A stretch of DNA of 32,000 bases from Rhodobacter capsulatus SB 1003 (GTDB lineage Bacteria; Pseudomonadota; Alphaproteobacteria; Rhodobacterales; Rhodobacteraceae). The stretch is taken from the NCBI RefSeq assembly GCF_000021865.1, contig NC_014034.1, positions 3,330,001 through 3,362,000 on the forward strand, given 5' to 3'. The notes beneath the pieces were generated by a model, which made no database searches, was not told the origin of the DNA, and worked only from the letters and a program-made list of their open reading frames with translations. Positions 8,977 to 18,185 of this stretch are shown in pieces. The position numbers were made by a program, and so were the translations under genes. The first letter of the stretch is position 1. Every line of letters begins with the position of its first letter.

Positions 8977-10371
8977 CTATTGCACACGCCCCCAAAGGTC
9001 GTAATCCGACGCTTCCTCGACTTCGACCGTCACCATGTCGCCCGGCGACAGGTCTTCGAATCCCTCGTCGATGAACAGATTGCCGTCGATTTCGGGCGCA
9101 TCGGCGCGGGTGCGGCAGGTCGCCCCCTCGTCATCCACCGCATCGACCAGCACCTGTTGCACGGTGCCGACCTTGGCCGCCAGCTTCGCCTCGGAAATCG
9201 CCTGCGCGGCCTCCATGAAGCGTTCCCAGCGTTCCTGCTTCACTTCCGCAGGCACATGGTCGGGCAAATCGTTCGACCGCGCGCCCTTGACGTTTTCATA
9301 CTGGAAGCAGCCGACACGATCGAGCTGCGCCTCGGCCATCCAGTCGAGCAGATACTGGAATTCCGCCTCGGTCTCGCCGGGATAGCCGACGATGAAGGTC
9401 GAACGCAGCACGATCTCGGGGCAATCGGCACGCCAGGCGGCGATTTCATCCAGCGTCTTCGCAGAAGCCGCGGGCCGGGCCATGCGCTTGAGCGTTTCCG
9501 GATGGGCATGCTGGAACGGGATGTCGAGGTAAGGCAGCACAAGCCCATCCGCCATCAGGGGAATCAGCTCGCGCACATGCGGATAGGGATAGACGTAATG
9601 CAGCCGCACCCAGGCGCCCGAGGGCTGGGCAAGCTTGCCCAGCTCGCGCGTCAGATCCGTGATATGCGCGCGGACCTCGGCGCCTTTCCAGGCCGTCGCC
9701 TCGTGCCGCCGATCCAGCCCATAAGCCGAGGTGTCCTGGCTGATCACCAGCAGCTCCCGCACCCCCGCCTCGAGCAGCTTTTCCGCCTCGCGCAGCACCG
9801 CATGGGCCGGGCGGCTGACCAGTTTGCCGCGCATGTCGGGGATGATGCAGAACTTGCAGGCGTGATTGCAGCCCTCGGAGATCTTCAGATAGCTGAAATG
9901 CCGCGGCGTCAGCTTGATGCCGGTCGCGGGCAGCAGATCGACAAAGGGATCGGGTTTCGGCGGCACCGCCCCATGCACCGCATCGAGCACCTGTTCGTAT
10001 TGCTCGGGCCCGGTGACGGCCAGCACCTTGGGATGCACGCCGGTGATGAACTCGGGCTCGGCGCCCAGACAGCCGGTGACGATCACCTTGCCATTCTCGC
10101 TCAGCGCCTCGCCGATGGCTTCCAGGCTTTCGGCCTTGGCACTGTCCAGAAAGCCGCAGGTGTTCACGATCACCGCATCGGCGCCCTGATAGCTGGGCGA
10201 GATCGCATAGCCCTCGGCCCGCAGCCGGGTCAGGATGCGTTCGCTGTCCACCAGCGCCTTGGGGCAGCCCAGCGAGACCATGCCGATCGTCGGCTGGCCC
10301 GGGCGGGGGGTGTCGGTGACAAGCGCTTTCGGCGCAAGATCGGGGCGGAGGTTGGGCGGGTTCTGGCTCAT
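8977..10371 (-). CDS. rimO: ribosomal protein S12 methylthiotransferase RimO (radical SAM, MiaB family)
   Basis: [24 protein letters not shown] (UPF0004 domain), radical-SAM [12 protein letters not shown]-terminal TRAM domain. I chose the start at ATG 10371 (MSQNPPNL). Confidence 0.9.
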   Translation of the reverse strand: MSQNPPNLRPDLAPKALVTDTPRPGQPTIGMVSLGCPKALVDSERILTRLRAEGYAISPSYQGADAVIVNTCGFLDSAKAESLEAIGEALSENGKVIVTGCLGAEPEFITGVHPKVLAVTGPEQYEQVLDAVHGAVPPKPDPFVDLLPATGIKLTPRHFSYLKISEGCNHACKFCIIPDMRGKLVSRPAHAVLREAEKLLEAGVRELLVISQDTSAYGLDRRHEATAWKGAEVRAHITDLTRELGKLAQPSGAWVRLHYVYPYPHVRELIPLMADGLVLPYLDIPFQHAHPETLKRMARPAASAKTLDEIAAWRADCPEIVLRSTFIVGYPGETEAEFQYLLDWMAEAQLDRVGCFQYENVKGARSNDLPDHVPAEVKQERWERFMEAAQAISEAKLAAKVGTVQQVLVDAVDDEGATCRTRADAPEIDGNLFIDEGFEDLSPGDMVTVEVEEASDYDLWGRVQ

Positions 10372-10464
10372 GGGGGCGATATACACCGCCTTGGGGGGCC
10401 GCGGGAAGCGCCTTGCGCGACAGGGGAGGGTTGCGCAGGATGGCGGGGTATTGGAGGTGCCGGG

Positions 10465-12207
10465 ATGGCCGACGGGGATTTGAGCGAAGCGTTTGCGTGG
10501 GCGGAGGAGCGGCTAAGGCGAGAGCTTTGGCCGCGGGAAAAGCAGTTTATTGCGACGGGCGGATATGCCTGGCCTGATGGTTTCAAACACTCGAACCGGG
10601 AACGTCCGAAGACCGACGACGATAGCAATAGGTTCGATGCAAGGCTGATCCGCTGGCTGCTGACACAGGAAATCCCCGGCATCGTCTGTCGTCCCGAAGG
10701 GGTGACGGTCATGGGGCTCTGGATCGAAGAAACCCTGAGCCTCGGCTTCGTGGATTGCGAGCGGGCAATCAACGCGAGCAACTGCACCTTTCAGGAAGCT
10801 CCTGTCCTGCGAAACGCACAGCTGAACGGGCTCTATCTGACCGGCACGGCCCTGCCCGGCTTCAATGCCGTCAGGCTGACCTGCAACGGACCGATTCACC
10901 TGGACACAGGCTTCACGGCAAATGCTTGCGTTCAGCTGGGCGGAAGCAGAATCACCGGGCACGTTTATTGCAGAGGCGGCCACTTCGCGTCGAAGAAGGG
11001 CCCTGCCCTCAACCTCAGTTCCGCCGAGATCGGCGCAGATGTATTCTTGAACGATGGTTTTACCGCGCATGGCGCAGTGAAGCTCGTGCGTGTCCAGATC
11101 GTGGGGCAACTCACCTGCGATGACGGCAAGTTCGAAGCGACAGACGGCCTCTCCTTGAATTGCAACGCCGCCGTGATCGGCGCGGATGTGTTCTTGCGGA
11201 ACAAGTTCAATGCGACGGGAAGAGTGGACTTCGCCCGCGCGCAAGTGACGGGAAATCTGCGGTGCCAATCGGCCCATTTCAACGGCGCATTCAACGCAGA
11301 GGGCGCCAAGATCGAGGGGGGCTTCTTCTGGGAGAATGTCTCCGGCAAGGTCGTCGTTCTCGATCTGACCGAAACCAGCGTTGAAAGATTGAATGACGAT
11401 TCCGGCTCCTGGGCAAAAGTGAAAACGCCCAAACTCTCCGGCTTTCGCTTCGACTCCATTCAAAGCGACATGACGGTGCAGGATCGCCTGAACCTTCTGG
11501 GGCGGAAATCGGAGCGGACAATCTCCTGCCCATTCCAGATGACCCGAAGACGCAACGATTTCGACCCGCAACCCTACAGCCAGCTGGCCAAGGTCTATGA
11601 CGCCATGGGCCATCGCAGGGATGCGGCCAAGGTGCGTTACGCGCGGGATGAACGGCTCATGTGGGCTACATTTTTCCGGGCGTTGGCGCCGCCGAAACCG
11701 GATACGTTCGGGCAAGGCCTGGCGTTTGTCTCATTGGTTTGGGGATGTGGTTACCGCGTCACCTTCGGTTACGGCCATGCCCCGTTCAAGGCGCTGCGCA
11801 CAGCGCTGTTGATCCTTGCTGCTACCGTGTGGCTGGCCAATGCCACCTATCAGCGCGGGGAAATGGCCCCGGCCAATGTCGATATCCTCCTGTCCGACGA
11901 CTGGAAAGACGCGATCAAGAACGGATGCCCCTCCATCCAGACGGCCAGTTGCACGATGCCGCTGCGGCTGTGGGAGAATACACCCGCCGGACAGGACTAC
12001 GAGGCTTTCTCCCCCTGCATCTATGCGCTCGATCTGTTCCTGCCGCTCGGCACACTCGCCCAGAAGGATTCGTGGGCGCCCTCGAAAGACCGCGGCGCAT
12101 TCGGCTGGACGCTGCACTATTGCCGCTGGATCATTCAGCTTTCCGGCTGGTTGCTCATTGCCACCGCCGCAGCCGTGTTCTCGGGGGTTCTGGGGAAGAA
12201 GGACTGA
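10465..12207 (+). CDS. uncharacterised repeat protein: N-terminal soluble domain, about 9 degenerate 23-24-aa beta-helix/pentapeptide-like repeats, C-terminal 3-4-TM domain
   Basis: This is the real part of track ORF 8917..12207; the upstream part is antisense to rimO. ATG 10465 has SD GGAGG 7 nt upstream. There is a clear internal duplication: [43 protein letters not shown] versus [44 protein letters not shown]. Hydrophobic helices at the C-terminus. GC is about 53-57 % in four hand-counted 60-nt samples, against about 66 % in the flanks. Confidence 0.75.
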   Translation: MADGDLSEAFAWAEERLRRELWPREKQFIATGGYAWPDGFKHSNRERPKTDDDSNRFDARLIRWLLTQEIPGIVCRPEGVTVMGLWIEETLSLGFVDCERAINASNCTFQEAPVLRNAQLNGLYLTGTALPGFNAVRLTCNGPIHLDTGFTANACVQLGGSRITGHVYCRGGHFASKKGPALNLSSAEIGADVFLNDGFTAHGAVKLVRVQIVGQLTCDDGKFEATDGLSLNCNAAVIGADVFLRNKFNATGRVDFARAQVTGNLRCQSAHFNGAFNAEGAKIEGGFFWENVSGKVVVLDLTETSVERLNDDSGSWAKVKTPKLSGFRFDSIQSDMTVQDRLNLLGRKSERTISCPFQMTRRRNDFDPQPYSQLAKVYDAMGHRRDAAKVRYARDERLMWATFFRALAPPKPDTFGQGLAFVSLVWGCGYRVTFGYGHAPFKALRTALLILAATVWLANATYQRGEMAPANVDILLSDDWKDAIKNGCPSIQTASCTMPLRLWENTPAGQDYEAFSPCIYALDLFLPLGTLAQKDSWAPSKDRGAFGWTLHYCRWIIQLSGWLLIATAAAVFSGVLGKKD

Positions 12208-12214
12208 AACGAAA

Positions 12215-12234
12215 AGGGCGCCCGCAGGCGCCCT
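12215..12234. terminator. bidirectional hairpin terminator between convergent genes
   Basis: AGGGCGCC-CGCA-GGCGCCCT. It is followed by TTTTCGTTT on the minus strand and by GTTTCAT on the plus strand. Confidence 0.6.
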
Positions 12235-12256
12235 GTTTCATCCCCTGTTCCGGCCT

Positions 12257-12556
12257 TCAGCGCCGCCGATCCCGGCGCGCCGACATCGGCTGGAAGGCCA
12301 CCGAGACATGCGCCTCGCAATAGGGTTTTCCGGCCGAGCTCGGCAGGCCGCAGAAATAGAAATTCTCGGTCGCCGGATCGCCGATCGGCCATTTGCAGGT
12401 CCGCTCGGTCAGCTCCATCAGCGAGATCTTGCGCGAGCGCTTTTCGACCTCGCGGACCGAGGCCAGCGTCTCGGGGCTGATCTCGTTCAGCGAGGGTTGC
12501 GGCGGCAGCGGCTGGCCCGCGGGCACCAGCGCGGGCTTGCGCACGACACCCAGCAC
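12257..12556 (-). CDS. GcrA-family protein fragment: Pro/Ala linker plus conserved C-terminal domain only (N-terminal DNA-binding domain absent); possibly a remnant
   Basis: LTERTCKWPIGDPATENFYFCGLPSSAGKPYCEAHVSVAFQP matches the conserved GcrA C-terminal motif (CKWPIGDP...F.FCG...PYC..H...A.QP). It has a GTG start, and the frame is open from 12622. It overlaps the 3' end of the Lrp ORF. Confidence 0.55.
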   Translation of the reverse strand: MLGVVRKPALVPAGQPLPPQPSLNEISPETLASVREVEKRSRKISLMELTERTCKWPIGDPATENFYFCGLPSSAGKPYCEAHVSVAFQPMSARRDRRR

Positions 12557-13026
12557 CGGGGCAGCCGCGGCCGCGGGTTGCGGCAGGACAGCTGCAGATT
12601 GGTTTCCGTCCGCCCCACGCCCTCAAGGCGGCGGATCGACAGGATCGTCTCGTCCAGCTCTTCCAGCGAGCGGGCGCCGATTTCCGCGATCAGATCCCAC
12701 TGCCCGTTCGTCGTATGCACCGCCTGCACCGGCGGCAGGCCGAGCAGGCGGGCGATCACCTTTTCGGTCGCCCGCCCGTCGATGTTCAGCATCATCATCC
12801 CCCGCACCGGCGCGGCAGAGACATCGGCGCGCGTCATCACGGTAAAGCCCGAGATTTCGCCGCGCGCCACCAGCCGCTCGATCCGCGCGCGCACGGTGGC
12901 ACGCGACAGACCAAGCTGCACCGCCAGATCCGACACCGCGGCCCGGCCGTCGCGGCGAAGCGCCGCGATCAGCCGTTGGTCGGTGTCATCCAGACGCTCT
13001 GCCCCGCGGGCGGGTTCGCCCCACAT
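12487..13026 (-). CDS. Lrp/AsnC-family transcriptional regulator (with an atypical 32-aa Arg/Cys/Pro-rich tail)
   Basis: LDDTDQRLIAALRRDGRAAVSDLAVQLGLSRATVRARIERLVARGEI is the HTH, followed by a RAM domain ending ...RRLEGVGRTETNLQLS. ATG 13026 lies 4 nt after the gabT stop. The tail CRNPRPRLPRCWVSCASPRWCPRASRCRRNPR looks like out-of-frame read-through. Confidence 0.8.
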   Translation of the reverse strand: MWGEPARGAERLDDTDQRLIAALRRDGRAAVSDLAVQLGLSRATVRARIERLVARGEISGFTVMTRADVSAAPVRGMMMLNIDGRATEKVIARLLGLPPVQAVHTTNGQWDLIAEIGARSLEELDETILSIRRLEGVGRTETNLQLSCRNPRPRLPRCWVSCASPRWCPRASRCRRNPR

Positions 13027-13030
13027 GGCC

Positions 13031-14314
13031 TCAGCCCTTCGCGGCGAGGATCGAGGCTTCGAGGATGTCCAGCGCCTCGTCAAAGACCGCGTCCTGGATG
13101 GTCAGCGGGGCGAGGAAACGGATGACGTTGCCGTAAACGCCGCAGGTGAGCAGGATCAGACCGCGCTTCAGCGCCTCTTCGCGGACGCGGTTGGTCATCT
13201 CCGGGTTCGGCGTGTCACTGCCCGCGACGTTGAACTCGACCGCGTTCATGAAGCCCGGGCCGCGGATGTCGATGATCTCCGGCACGCTGTCCTGCAGCGC
13301 CGCCAGACGCTGTTTCAGCCGCGCGCCCAGACGCTCGGCACGGGCGCAGAGCTGCTCGTCCTCGATCACGTCAAGAACGGCATGCGCCGCGGCCACGGCA
13401 ATCGGCGCCCCGGCATAGGTGCCGCCAAGGCCGCCCGGGTTCGGGCTGTCCATGATGTCGGCGCGGCCGGTCACCGCCGAGATCGGGAAGCCGCCGCCCA
13501 GCCCCTTGGCCATGGTGGTGATATCGGCGGCAACCCCGTGATGTTCCATCGCAAAGAGCTTGCCGGTGCGGGCAAAGCCGGTCTGCACCTCGTCGGCGAT
13601 CAGGACGATGCCGTTCTTGTCGGCGATCTCGCGCAGTTTGCGCATGAAGCCCTCGGGCACCGGGTAGAAGCCGCCCTCGCCCTGCACCGGCTCGACGATG
13701 ATCGCGGCGACGCGGGCGGGTTCGATATCGGCCTTGAACAGACGCTCCAGCGCCGCCACGGCGTCCTCGCCCGTCACGCCATGCAGCGGGCAGGGGAAGG
13801 GCAGGTGCCAGACGTCGTTCATCATCGGGCCGAAGCCGGCCTTGTAGGGCTGCACCTTGCCGGTCAGCGTCATGCCCATGAAGGTGCGGCCGTGGAAACC
13901 GCCCGCAAAGGCGACGATCCCGGCGCGGCCGGTGTAGTGGCGGGCAATCTTGATCGCGTTTTCAACGGCTTCGGCGCCGGTGGTGGCGAAGATCGTCTTC
14001 TTCGCAAAGTCACCGGGCACGGCGGCGTTCAGACGCTCGGCCAGGATGACGTAGTTTTCGTAAGGCACGACCTGATGGCAGGTGTGGGTGAAGGCATCGA
14101 GCTGCGCCTTGACCGCCTCGATCACCCGCGGGTGACGGTGGCCGGTGTTCACCACGGCGATGCCCGCGGCGAAGTCGATGTAACGGGTGCCGTTCTTGTC
14201 CCAGATTTCCGCGTTCTCGGCGCGTTCGGCATAGATCTGCGTCGTCACGCCAACGCCCTTGGCGATGGCGGCGGCACGGCGGGCGGACAGGTCGGGCGAG
14301 GTTTGCACGGTCAT
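13031..14314 (-). CDS. gabT: 4-aminobutyrate--2-oxoglutarate aminotransferase
   Basis: 427 aa, collinear by eye with E. coli GabT: [67 protein letters not shown]. Confidence 0.9.
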   Translation of the reverse strand: MTVQTSPDLSARRAAAIAKGVGVTTQIYAERAENAEIWDKNGTRYIDFAAGIAVVNTGHRHPRVIEAVKAQLDAFTHTCHQVVPYENYVILAERLNAAVPGDFAKKTIFATTGAEAVENAIKIARHYTGRAGIVAFAGGFHGRTFMGMTLTGKVQPYKAGFGPMMNDVWHLPFPCPLHGVTGEDAVAALERLFKADIEPARVAAIIVEPVQGEGGFYPVPEGFMRKLREIADKNGIVLIADEVQTGFARTGKLFAMEHHGVAADITTMAKGLGGGFPISAVTGRADIMDSPNPGGLGGTYAGAPIAVAAAHAVLDVIEDEQLCARAERLGARLKQRLAALQDSVPEIIDIRGPGFMNAVEFNVAGSDTPNPEMTNRVREEALKRGLILLTCGVYGNVIRFLAPLTIQDAVFDEALDILEASILAAKG

Positions 14315-14425
14315 GAAGGGGCTCCGATTCGAGATATCTCATCCTCTCACTTTACATTTTTTCTGCAAGAAAATTCTTGGCAAGATCGGTGACAAAGGCC
14401 ATCCTGCGCCTGTAAGGCAGGGAAA

Positions 14426-15247
14426 ATGACCGAGTCGCATGCAGATACGCCCGAGGAAGAACCGCTGTTTCGGGTGACCGAGGCCGCGCGGGCGGCGGGC
14501 GTGGCCTCCTCCACGCTGCGGCTGTGGGAGACGCAGGGGCTGATTGCACCGCAACGCCGGGCCTCGGGGCAGCGGCTGTATTCGGCGGCCGATGTGGCGC
14601 GGCTGCAGCGCATCGCCTATCTGCGCCGCGAGGCCGGGCTGAACCCCGCCGCGATCCGCGCGACGCTGGAAGCCGAAAGCGACGCCCCCGCGCCCCCCGC
14701 GATCACCAACGAACCGCTGGGCATGGCGCTGCGGGCGCTGCGGCAAAACCGCGGCGAGACGCTGGAGACGGTGGCGCAGGCGCTGGGGGTCTCTGCCTCG
14801 GCGCTCTCGACGCTGGAACGCACCGGGGCGGGGGTCAGCTTCAAGACGCTGGCGGATCTGGCGCAATATTACGGCACCACCGTGTCGCGGCTTTCCGGGC
14901 AGGAGGAGGTCGGCCAACCCGTGGTGCGCGCGGGCGCGGCGCGGGTCTGGCCGATGCCGGTCGAGGGCGTGCGGGTCGAGGTTCTGGCCGAGGGGCGGCG
15001 GCAGATGGATTGCCACCGCTTCATCCTTGCCCCCGGCGCGGCGTCGGAGGGCGGCTATGGCCACGAGGGCGAGGAATTCATCACCGTGCTGGAGGGTCGT
15101 TTTCGTCTGACGCTGGACGGCACCGAGCTGCACGAATTGGGCGTCGGCGACAGCATCTATTTCGAAAGCCGCCGCCCGCATGCCTGGGCCAATGCCGCCG
15201 ACGGGCGCACCGTGGTGATCTGGGTCAACACGCCGCCGACCTTCTGA
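14426..15247 (+). CDS. transcriptional regulator with MerR-type HTH + XRE-type HTH + C-terminal cupin domain
   Basis: Residues ~13-80, FRVTEAARAAGVASSTLRLWETQGLIAPQRRASGQRLYSAADVARLQRI, are MerR-like. Residues ~98-155, LGMALRALRQNRGETLETVAQALGVSASALSTLERTGAGVSFKTLADLAQYYG, are XRE-like. HEGEEFITVLEG...GDSIYFESRRPHAWAN is a cupin. The gene is divergent from gabT. Confidence 0.8.
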   Translation: MTESHADTPEEEPLFRVTEAARAAGVASSTLRLWETQGLIAPQRRASGQRLYSAADVARLQRIAYLRREAGLNPAAIRATLEAESDAPAPPAITNEPLGMALRALRQNRGETLETVAQALGVSASALSTLERTGAGVSFKTLADLAQYYGTTVSRLSGQEEVGQPVVRAGAARVWPMPVEGVRVEVLAEGRRQMDCHRFILAPGAASEGGYGHEGEEFITVLEGRFRLTLDGTELHELGVGDSIYFESRRPHAWANAADGRTVVIWVNTPPTF

Positions 15248-15265
15248 CACCCGACCTTCTGACAC
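15236..15265 (+). repeat. perfect 2 x 15-bp tandem duplication CCGACCTTCTGACAC spanning the regulator stop codon
   Basis: Read directly: copy 1 at 15236-15250 (contains TGA 15245-15247) and copy 2 at 15251-15265. Confidence 0.9.
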
Positions 15266-15345
15266 CGCCGAAAGCCACACCTTTGCGTGATGCCCTTGCG
15301 GGGATCGCGCGCCGCGGTCACTCTGACCGAAACACCGGAGGTCCC

Positions 15346-15759
15346 ATGCGCGTCGCCGTTCTTGCCCTTGCCCTGATCGCCCTTGCCGCCTGCAAGGAGG
15401 ACGCGACCGCCCCGGCCGATCCGCTGGCCCTGATCGGCACCGGAACCGAATGGACCGTCACCGAAATCGCGGGCACCGCCGTGCCCGCCGCAGTCAAGGT
15501 CACCCTGCTGTCCCCCGAGCCGGGGATGCTCGCGGGCACCTCCGGCTGCAACCGCTATGCGGGCCGCATCGAGACCCGCGAGGGCGCGTTGCATGTGGGC
15601 GCCCTGGCCGGAACCCGGATGATGTGCCCCCCCGACCAGATGCAGGTGGAACAGGCCTTCCATTCGACCATCGGCACGGTGACGGCCTTGCGGCAGGCCG
15701 GTCCGGCGCTGGACTTCACCGATGCGACGGGCAAGGTCGTTCTGCGCGCCACCCGCTAG
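15346..15759 (+). CDS. META-domain (HslJ-like) lipoprotein
   Basis: MRVAVLALALIALAAC has a lipobox. GCNRYAGRIE...AGTRMMCPPDQMQVEQAF is a typical META domain. SD GGAGG lies before ATG 15346. The upstream part of track ORF 14524.. is discarded. Confidence 0.75.
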   Translation: MRVAVLALALIALAACKEDATAPADPLALIGTGTEWTVTEIAGTAVPAAVKVTLLSPEPGMLAGTSGCNRYAGRIETREGALHVGALAGTRMMCPPDQMQVEQAFHSTIGTVTALRQAGPALDFTDATGKVVLRATR

Positions 15760-15798
15760 AGGCTTGACGCAATCCCCGTCTTCGGGAAGGCTGGGCCG

Positions 15799-16524
15799 AT
15801 GTTCCCGATCCGCGACCATAACCCCTCGACCCGCACCCCCTGGGTGGTGCGCGGGCTGATCGTGCTGAATGTGCTGATCTATGTGCTGACGGCCGACTGG
15901 GGCGGGCGGATGTTCGGGCTGTGGCAATGGGGCGCGCTTTACCCCGGGGCGATCAGCCACGGCGTCTGGCTGCACGGGCTTCTCACCCACATGTTCCTGC
16001 ATGCCGGGATCATGCACATCCTTGGCAACATGTTGTTTTTATGGGTCTTTGGCGACAATCTGGAAGATCAGCTCGGCCATCTCGGCTTTCTCGTCTTCTA
16101 CCTGCTGGGCGGGCTCGCGGCGGCGGGCGCACAGATCGCGGGCGATCCGTTCAGCGATGTGCCGATGGTCGGTGCCTCGGGCGCGATCGCCGCGGTGATG
16201 GGCGGCTATCTGCTGCTTTTCCCGAAGGCGCGGGTCGACATCCTGTTCATTTTCTTCATCGTCTACAAGATCTTCACCATCCGCGCCTGGATCGTGCTGG
16301 GCTTCTGGTTCGCGGTGCAGCTGTTGAATTCGCTCGGCGGCTCGGCCGATGGCGTCGCCTATTGGGCGCATGCGGGCGGCTTCATCGCCGGGCTGGTGCT
16401 GATGGCGCCGCATTTCCTGCGCCTCGGCGGGCCGCTCTTCTGGCGCGCGCACGGCGGGCTGCCGCCGAACCCTTCGATCGACTATGTGACCAGCCGCGTG
16501 CCAGTGGTGAAACGGCGCCGCTAG
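15799..16524 (+). CDS. rhomboid-family intramembrane serine protease
   Basis: 6-TM protein with the HMFLHAGIMHILGNM motif, catalytic GASGAIAAVMGGY and a downstream HAGGFIAG. Confidence 0.85.
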   Translation: MFPIRDHNPSTRTPWVVRGLIVLNVLIYVLTADWGGRMFGLWQWGALYPGAISHGVWLHGLLTHMFLHAGIMHILGNMLFLWVFGDNLEDQLGHLGFLVFYLLGGLAAAGAQIAGDPFSDVPMVGASGAIAAVMGGYLLLFPKARVDILFIFFIVYKIFTIRAWIVLGFWFAVQLLNSLGGSADGVAYWAHAGGFIAGLVLMAPHFLRLGGPLFWRAHGGLPPNPSIDYVTSRVPVVKRRR

Positions 16525-18122
16525 CGCCCCCGGATCATCGCAGCCGCGCGTTCGGCGATCATGATGGTGGGCGCATTGGTGTTGCCGCCAATGAGGCTGG
16601 GCATGACCGAGGCATCTACGACCCGCAGCCCCTCGATCCCGCGCACCCGAAGTTGCGGATCCACCACCGCTATCGCATCGGTGCCCATGCGGCAGGTGCC
16701 GACCGGGTGATAGATCGTGTCGGCGCGCGCGCGGATATCGGCCATCAGCCCGGCCTCTGACCCGTCATGCGGATAAAGCCTGTCGCCCCGCCAGGGCGCC
16801 AGGGCCGCCGCGCCCACGATCTCTTCCAGCATCCGCGCCGCCCGCAGCATCAGGGCTTCGTCGCGCGGATCGGCCAGAAAGGCCGGGTCGATCAAGGGCG
16901 CCTTGCGCGGGTTCTTCGACGCCAGCCGCACCGTCCCCCGCGATTGCGGCCGCAGCACGCAGATATGCGCCGACCAGCCGTCCGCGACATGCAGCTTGCG
17001 CATGTGGGCATCGACAATGCCGACGACGAAATGGATCTGCAGATCGGGCACCGTGACCCCGGGCGCAGAGCGCAAAAACGCCCCCCCCTCGGCCATGGGC
17101 GAGGCGAAGAGCCCCTCGCCATGCCGCATCCAGCCGCCCGCGGCCCTGGCCAGCCGCCACAGCCCGCGCGGATTGAGCCCCACGACATCGCGGCGGGGCG
17201 AAAAATGCGAAATCGTGTAATCCAGATGGTCCTGCAGGTTTGCCCCCACCCCGGGCAGATCCTGCACGACATCAATGCCCAGATCGCGCAGATGCGCCCC
17301 CGGCCCGATACCCGAGAGCATCAGAAGCTGCGGCGAGCCGAAAGCGCCTGCCGAGAGGATCACCTCCCGCGCCGCCTCCAGCCGCAGCCGGTGCCGCCCC
17401 TGCCGCACCAGCGCCCCGGTGGCGCGCCCCTCGGAAATCAAGACCTTTTCCGCCCGTGCCCCGGTCAGCACGGTCAGATTGGGCCGGTCCATCACCGGAT
17501 GCAGATAGGCCGCCGCGGCGGAACAGCGCTCGCCCTTTTTCGGACCATCCCAGAATTGCGTGACCTGAAAGGGCGCGGCCCCCTCCTGACACGCGCCGTT
17601 GAAGTCGTCGGTTTCCGGGCAGTCCACCGCGCCGCAGGCCTGCACGAAAGCGCGGGTGATCGGCCGCGGGCGGCGCTGATCGCCCACCTGCAACGGGCCA
17701 TCGGCCCCATGATGCGCGGACGCCCCGCGCATGTTGCGTTCGGATTTCAGAAACCACGGCTGACAGGCGGCCCAGTCCCAGCCCACAGCCCCCTCGGCCG
17801 CCCAACGGTCGTAATCCGAGGGATGACCGCGCACATACAGCATCGCATTGATCGCGGACGAGCCGCCCAGCCCCCTGCCCCGCGGCTGAAACCCCCGCCG
17901 CCCGTTCAGCCCGGGCTGCGGAACGGTGTGCAGCGCCCAGTTGTGGGCGTAAAGATACCCGGGCACCAGCGCCGCGACCAAGGCAGGCGCCCGCACCAGA
18001 ATATCCCGCGCCGCATCGCCCGCCTCGACCAGACAGACGCGCGTGGCCGGATTCTCGCTCAGCCGCGCCGCCAGCACCGACCCGGCCGAGCCGCCGCCGA
18101 GAATGACATAGTCGAAATGCAT
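16521..18122 (-). CDS. GMC-family FAD oxidoreductase (choline/alcohol dehydrogenase-like)
   Basis: [21 protein letters not shown] (GxGxxG), [14 protein letters not shown], and C-terminal [12 protein letters not shown]...[29 protein letters not shown]. Its stop overlaps the rhomboid stop within CTAG (16521-16524). Confidence 0.9.
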   Translation of the reverse strand: MHFDYVILGGGSAGSVLAARLSENPATRVCLVEAGDAARDILVRAPALVAALVPGYLYAHNWALHTVPQPGLNGRRGFQPRGRGLGGSSAINAMLYVRGHPSDYDRWAAEGAVGWDWAACQPWFLKSERNMRGASAHHGADGPLQVGDQRRPRPITRAFVQACGAVDCPETDDFNGACQEGAAPFQVTQFWDGPKKGERCSAAAAYLHPVMDRPNLTVLTGARAEKVLISEGRATGALVRQGRHRLRLEAAREVILSAGAFGSPQLLMLSGIGPGAHLRDLGIDVVQDLPGVGANLQDHLDYTISHFSPRRDVVGLNPRGLWRLARAAGGWMRHGEGLFASPMAEGGAFLRSAPGVTVPDLQIHFVVGIVDAHMRKLHVADGWSAHICVLRPQSRGTVRLASKNPRKAPLIDPAFLADPRDEALMLRAARMLEEIVGAAALAPWRGDRLYPHDGSEAGLMADIRARADTIYHPVGTCRMGTDAIAVVDPQLRVRGIEGLRVVDASVMPSLIGGNTNAPTIMIAERAAAMIRGR

Positions 18123-18185
18123 CAGGCTCCCCCGTTTCCGAGAGAGCCTAACCGGTTTTTCACATCCGCAAAGCGTGACTTCAGG

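Noticed and set aside
8917-10464. N-terminal 516 codons of the 1096-aa plus-strand ORF 8917..12207
   Set aside because: This part is antisense to rimO and has a low-complexity R/G/A/L composition. A good SD+ATG at 10465 and the GC shift mark the true start of the repeat protein.
11816-14392. 858-aa plus-strand ORF. The same argument applies to 29..919+, 4565..6430-, 6468..8360-, 21480..22754+, 23698..25137+, 25835..28255- and 28324..30891+
   Set aside because: All are antisense to, or out of frame with, recognisable conserved genes (argD, ABC exporter, acyl-CoA synthetase, pheS/rplT, pyk, RTX protein, dat/epimerase, gabT/Lrp). They show the R/G/P/A-rich shadow-ORF composition expected where stop codons are rare.
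16521-16524. Convergent rhomboid and GMC-oxidoreductase genes sharing CTAG as overlapping stop codons
   Set aside because: This is real but trivial: a 4-nt palindromic overlap of two TAG stops. There is no evidence of regulatory significance beyond tight packing and the absence of a terminator between the genes.
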